A stretch of 64,000 bases of DNA from Octopus vulgaris (Eukaryota). Shown here in pieces: positions 57,498 to 64,000 of the stretch; within the stretch, counting starts at the first letter, position 1, and every line of letters starts with the position of its first letter. The notes under the pieces are model-generated. The model saw nothing but the letters and a program-made list of their open reading frames with translations, did no database searches and had not been told where the DNA came from. The translations under genes and the position numbers were made by a program. The stretch covers positions 127,596,001-127,660,000 of the forward strand of contig OX597817.1 of the NCBI GenBank assembly GCA_951406725.2, read 5' to 3'.

Positions 57498-57669
57498 CAT
57501 ATATACAACGGGCTTCTTTCAGTTTCCGTCTACCAAATCCACTCACAAGGCTTTGGTCGGCCCGAGGCTATAGTAGAAGACACTTGCCCAAGGTGCCACG
57601 CTGTGGGACTGAACCCGGAACTATGTGCTTCGTAAGCAAGCTACTTACCATGCAGCCACTCCTACGCCT
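56090..57669 (-). mobile_element. SINE family A split at its internal microsatellite by a ~1.06-kb insertion
   Basis: Tail half 56090-56300 and head half 57505-57669. Confidence 0.9.
56385..57447. mobile_element. PLE-like insertion with ~390-bp inverted arms and a 600-bp-period direct repeat
   Basis: 56385-56771 is a near-perfect reverse complement of 56816-57206, and 56771-56847 recurs at 57371-57447. The PLE assignment is inferred from architecture. Confidence 0.75.
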
Positions 57670-57769
57670 GTTACAAGTTGATTTGTAACGACAATATTGA
57701 TAATTATCATATAAAGCTTCTTGTTTATTTGTTTATGTTGTTCTTGTTATGGTACTGGCTGTGGTATTG

Positions 57770-57801
<32 letters not shown>

Positions 57802-59244
57802 GGTGGAGTGCATATATCTGTATGTTCGATGTTCTCTTTTATTTTGTTTGCTTTGTTTGTTTCTTCAGATCATGGCAGATAAACCATTTTCCCAGTCTAA
57901 AAAAAATGTAATCATGATCAAGTGGAAATTGGTTTTGATCGGAAGCAAACTTAAGAAGCATGTTTTACAAGAATTCCTGTATAACAACTGCCACGCTGTC
58001 AGTTCTGATGTTGAGTTACAAAGAAAATAAAGCACATGTCTGCATCTTGTAAAATGTTGTCTACATTTTCTAACTGCAAGAACCGTCATTCGTGACATGG
58101 CTGAAAACAAGGAAATAACTGAGAACACACACACACACACACACACATACACACACACACACTCACACACACACACACACAAACAAACAAACTCGCACAC
58201 ACACACACGAACACAAAGACATACAAACACAAACACACATGTATATGTAAACATACATATATAAATACATACATACATGCATACATAGATACATAGATAG
58301 ATAGATAGATACATACATACATACATACATACATACATACATACATACATACATACATACATACATACATACCTATGTATTCCTGTTTTTTCTTTGTTAT
58401 TTACAAGAATCTGACAAGATCTCAATTAGTGTCTGAACTTATATGTCAATCAAATTCTGTTGATAGGAGATCTTTAAAGCATTCACCAATACCGTTTTGA
58501 TTTTGCACATTTGTACTATTATTTTCATTATTCCACTTCGTTTTCGCACAGTACCATTCTATGGTGTAGTGAAGTTTGGGGAAATATGTAAAATTTATAA
58601 TATATATATATATATATACTCTTTTATTTTTCCTGATCTTTAACTAGTTGCACCAGTTTACTCTTTTCTTCAATTTTTTTTGTGTATGCTTACACAAAAA
58701 TTCACATTGCATTCCTTATTATTTTGATTATAAATATGAAATAAAATTTCTAATGTAGGTTGAGTTCCGAGTTATGTTGATTTAATGAATCCAAAAGGAG
58801 GAAGAAATGTTACTATTCATGACTACCTGTGGCTGAAAAATATATGATATGAGAAGTATATTGAAATATATCTATGCTAGTTATTCTTTATTATCAGTTC
58901 CGCAACATACTTTGAACTAGAGGCGATTCTCTACCCTTATGCAGCATTTTCCAAAGCAACTGCGCGTTTATAGAGCTCTGGTCGTATTTCTAATATTCAC
59001 AGAAACTGATGCCGAAATGCTACAGTGAGATAGTAATAAAGATTATCAACTCTAAATGATCCAGACGGATAACACAAGAGGAAAATGCAGCCAGAAATTT
59101 CTTTTTTGCACTAGAGAATGGTATATGAAGACACACTTTTGTATTTGGTCGGAGAGAAAACGCTAAAAAAAATTATGCAAAGTGAACCTGTACTGGAAGT
59201 ATTTTACCAGCATGTGAAAAGTTTCTCACTCTGTCTTGTGAGAT

Positions 59245-59365
59245 CCACTCACAAGGCTTTGGAAGGCCTGAGGCTGTAGTAGAAGAAAATTGCCCAAGGT
59301 GCCACGCAGTGGGACTCAACCCGGAATTATGAGGTTAGTAAGCACTTTTTACCACAGAGCCACAC
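59245..59365 (-). mobile_element. SINE family A head fragment
   Basis: atccactcacaaggctttgg..ttgcccaaggtgccacgcagtgggact. Confidence 0.8.
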
Positions 59366-62300
59366 TAAATGTTAATCTCATTTTATATGAATTGTATTTC
59401 CAATCACTAATTTCCTTGTTTCAACTTCTTCTAATTAACAAAATAATTAATTAAATAATACTTTGTTTTTTAATTTAATAATATTAATTGGTTAATATAT
59501 TATTTGTTTAAAAGCTATAATTATTTAATTATTTAGTGTCTCGAATAAATACAATCCTATACATTGGTTTTAACGTTATCGCGATTATTATTTTAATGCT
59601 TTTATACATTTCTTGTCTCTTGTTTTAAAATACTAGTTCTTAAGCAAGCTCTATCCGTTTTTTTTAATTATTCCTAGAGAATTAAATAATTCCATAATTG
59701 AATATTTACATATTTCTTGTTTCCCTAATTCCTAAATAACTCTATTTTTCCATCTTACTATACATTATTTTTCTTTAAAAATTTTCCGTCTCTTCCAAGT
59801 GGCCTTTCCGCATGTCCTGATTTTAATATATTTATGCTAACGTAGCAGCCTCTAACATATTTTTAGTCCTCAAAGACACTTCTTTGATTTCAGCCTTTCA
59901 CGTTCACTCAACACTATCACGTTTCTCTGCTTTGCTGAACTCGTCTTTAGCTTCAGGCCATTCTACTTCCCAATGAATTTTATCTAAAATGTTCTGAAAT
60001 AGCTTTGGATACTAAGCTAGGCCCTATTAATGCTAACATTTTGTGAGTGAATGAAGTCTATATTTTCGCCTAGTCCACCAACCGTACTTCCAAATTTTAC
60101 CGTTAATATATCGTCGACCGTATCGGTGCTTCCGCACTCTATAGGATTGTATTTATTGCCTTCATTTAATTCAACAGTTTCCAACCACTTTTAAGCTTTC
60201 GCTTTTCTATCATTGATACATCAACCTCTTTCACTCTTTTAGTGTCTATTACTATTGACAGCTATCACATTCCCTCATTTATTCATTTTATTCACTAACT
60301 TGCTATCCTTCTTGAACGCTTACTTCTTGTACCTTACTCTCTTCAGGCACAGTGCATGCAATGTTATACAGTATGACTACTTTTAGGAATGGTGGCAGTG
60401 TACATTAAACGTGGAATATGTCAGCTATTTCCTGCAGGTGAAATGACTCCATAAATGCAGCCTCGTTAGTGTTGTTGCTGCTGTTCTCATTGATAATGAA
60501 GATGACAACGGCGACGACGCCGACGATGATGATGATGAAGATAATAATGAAACATGTCTACCTGTTCTAAACTATGTCCTTTTTACTTGCTGATTATAGA
60601 AGAAAGAACGTTCTCTATGAACTCCGCCAGCATTGGAGACCGATAATATCGGTACCGTTAATGTTCCCTCTAAGCTATTGCAAATCAACATCTAGGAAAG
60701 AGAGGAGCAGGAGGTGATCCTAGCTGATGTTCTGGGAAAGAATGATTCGATGTAATGATTAATATGGGGTCTAATAGAACATATAGAACATATTTGATGA
60801 GAGGTCGAGAAACGAATGGACAGAAAGAGCGCCAGTGGCGCAACCGACATGTTTCGTCTGATAGGAAGCTATCGATCCTAAGAATAGTAAATAGGATCAA
60901 TCAATTGTGGGAAGTTTAGATAGGAATTTTGCATGCTATATATGGTCGAAGATTTTGCTTATGCGTAGGCTAACAGCATTGCCTTTTCTTAATTACACAT
61001 ATAATTTCGGCAAATAGATGTTTGTATTGTTATCAGCCTCGGTAATATTAGGAAATAATGTATGCTGCAATGCTAAGAGAATAAACGTCAATAATATAAA
61101 CAAGCATGCCTACAAAATATTTGCAGACGATAAACGAAATTTGAAAAAGTCAACGGAAATAGAGGTTCAAGCTTAAACACACAAAGCCGTACAATGGAAG
61201 ATACATAAAAAGAAGCATTACGCACATTAATTTGAATGGACAACTGTGTACTAATAAAAACACCGTTGCCAATAATATTTACAATAACAAAACAATAATT
61301 CATCTTTTACAAATGTTTCTGGATCAAAATGAATGACTTAATTATAAGCCAGATCAAGGAAAATGAGAAGAGAAAAATGGACACAGACTAGTAATTTCGA
61401 GAAATACATTACCTCTTTGTCGGAAGAATTTATCCATGAAAGTTTGAAGAGGAAGGTAACATACCTCTGTTTTGAAAAAGCTGCGAGAAATTAAGGTTTA
61501 CAGATGCTCTCTAAATAATGTTTAGAGGGATCTCTTGCCAATAGTGGCTTGGAATATGGCAGTGCATTTCTTGTACAGAAAAATAATCGAAGTCATCGGC
61601 AAAGCTGACACGTCACACCCCTTCCCACAGAGTAAGAGATTCAGTCATAAATATTTTCATGGGAGTTTGCTTCGGATTGTTCTCACTTTTCATAATCATA
61701 ACAGTATGGTTATGTAATGACTGTAGTAGTCGCGAATAACTATATACAGTGCTATCTTAGTGTTTGTACCTCACTGAGTGAGCAGAAAAGAAGTTAAATC
61801 GCTGAATATCTATGTGTTGTGTTAACGAAGAGATAGATGTTACACGTTAAAATAAAGGCCACCATAGTGCATTCTTTCAGAAGGAAAGAAAATCGAACAG
61901 AAATGTACCAGATAATAGACGAGGATGGAGGAACAATAAGTCCCTATGGGGATCTGTTTCAATTATTTGATAGCATCACTAGCTTCCAGAACAATTGGAT
62001 TGTAGAGAAAATAAATCGTCTCTTCATCACTATTATCGACATCAGAGACCGTCGGAACAGATCACAAGGTTATCGAAAAGTTTATTTTACCAAGAAGAGA
62101 TTAGATGGAGACGAGACAACAAATAATAGTTCCACATCTTAGTCTAATAGAGACCTTGAGGTGAAAACTGCGGACAAGTGCGAAACCCTAGGGAACTGTA
62201 AGAAAATAAGATAAAGCCAAAAGAAATGGCAGAGAATAAAGTGAGATAGGCGTCCATTTTCCCTTGGAGTTAATGAAATTCGAAAAAGGGGGAAAATATG

Positions 62301-62599
62301 TTAGTGGAGCGATTCAGGAAAGAAAACATAAAAAAGAAGTGACTTATATATTTGTGAGGAAATATGGGACGAATACAAGGAGCCTCCAAATTACGGATGG
62401 TTGGTGAAAATCATATCAAAAGTTGACTTTAAGATGCTGGAGTACTCACTCAAGTATGCTCATATCTGCATTGCAGAGCGTTAGGGATGGTCTATATTCC
62501 CTAAACCTTGTGGGAAATAGGCATCTTTTTGTTTTTATATATTTATTTTATGTTAAAATCTTCACACATTCTGAATACGTTATATTACTAGTTAGGGCT

Positions 62600-62812
62600 T
62601 AGGCGGCGTGCTGGTAGAATCCTTAGTACACCCGGGAAAATGCTTAGCGGCATTTCGTTCGTTTTTGCGTTCTGAATTCAAATTCCGCCGAGTCGACTTT
62701 GTCTTTCATCTTTTCGGCGTCGATAAAATACATACCAATAGAGCACTGGGGTCGATATAATCGACTTACTCCCTCATTCGAAATTGCTGACCTTATGCCA
62801 AAATTCAAAACC
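62600..62812 (+). mobile_element. SINE family B, full length
   Basis: aggcggcgtgctgg..ttcaaattccgccgagtcgactttg..gtcgataaaata..ctggggtcgat. Confidence 0.9.
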
Positions 62813-63299
62813 AGTATACTATATTACTCATTTTCGTCCTTTCACGTTGTAACGTATATGCGCAACCCCTTATATGTTCGTTAATACTTTTATCACATGC
62901 TTTGTCTTATATGGTAAAATAACTATAATGAATGAAATAATAAATACTGATTTAAAATTTGACCATGGGAAATATGTACTCGTATATACATATAGAGAAA
63001 GCAAGATAATTATATACAATATTGTTCTCCCTATACGCACATTACGCACACTTGTTCACGCACACACACACAAATGCACACAAACATACACACACGCACA
63101 CATACAAGCCCGCACATACACACACAAACATATACAAGCCCGCGCGCGCGCACACACACACACACACACACATATGCCATAGTGCTCATATATCGTTAGC
63201 TATTTCATAGTACTTTTATTTATCTGGAATATTATTATATATTTTATCTTTTCTTTTGCTCTGTTATTTTTGTTTTGTAGTTTTACCATTACCGTTTGT

Positions 63300-63304
63300 T
63301 TTAC

Positions 63305-63364
<60 letters not shown>

Positions 63365-63441
63365 CATTATTATTATTATTATTATCATTATCATTACCAT
63401 TATTATTATTATTATTATTATTATTGTTGTTATTGTTATCA

Positions 63442-63521
<80 letters not shown>

Positions 63522-63564
63522 ATTATTATTATAATTATTGTTATTATTATTATTATTATTATTA

Positions 63565-63601
<37 letters not shown>
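63300..63601. repeat. (TTA)n microsatellite
   Basis: Seen directly. Confidence 0.95.
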
Positions 63602-64000
63602 GTCTTGTCTAATTTTAGTTCATATATTTTTGATGGTCTTTTGTTAACTGCTTAATCACTTTATAAACATCATTTCACACGTTGAGGGACAATGAAGCAT
63701 TAGCGATTTCTAATGTATTTGTGAATAATAGCTTAAATGGAAGGCATAAAACCGTATAAACTGTGTACATGACCAATTGCTTCCTATAAAAATATAATAG
63801 CAATTTTCATTGCTTTAGTTTGCTTTATTTAGCCAAAAAAAATAAATAAAAAAATGTTTGAAAATTAATTACCGAGAAATTATACACACAAGCACACACA
63901 CACACACACCAGCTTGTATTTGTGTGTGTGTGTGTATTCGTATATATATACATGTATGTATTTATATATATATATATACATACATATATATACACACATA

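Noticed and set aside
59750-62520. Probable very old LINE debris (also ~24.0-24.3, 41.3-41.7, 44.1-44.7 and 47.2-47.5 kb)
   Set aside because: Composition is suggestive, but I could not recover convincing motifs by eye.
63200-63647. Poly-L/I/Y ORFs
   Set aside because: (TTA)n microsatellite.

Overview
AT-rich, microsatellite-dense eukaryotic DNA with no recognisable intact host gene, so intronic or intergenic. The SINE families and (TA)n/(TAA)n/(TATG)n load suggest an octopus genome (inference from repeat recognition). Most ORF-track entries are microsatellite translations. Real coding relics come from transposons: CR1-like, Tx1/L1-like and R4/Dong-like LINEs, two mariner/maT-type transposases and a Penelope GIY-YIG C-terminus. 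There are also three tRNA-like SINE families, two Helitron-like elements and a piggyBac-like MITE. The most interesting signal is a set of elements next to microsatellites, most of them fold-back, that carry minimal type I hammerhead ribozyme folds. Their catalytic 3-8 pair covaries within this window: C-G at 14.7/15.3, 39.9 and 50.0 kb, G-C at 16.2 kb and U-A at 18.7 kb. Also notable are a 928-bp retro-insert with a 17-bp TSD in a SINE head and a CR1/SINE shared 3' tail with a compensatory stem. All alignments and folds were done by eye and many boundaries are approximate.
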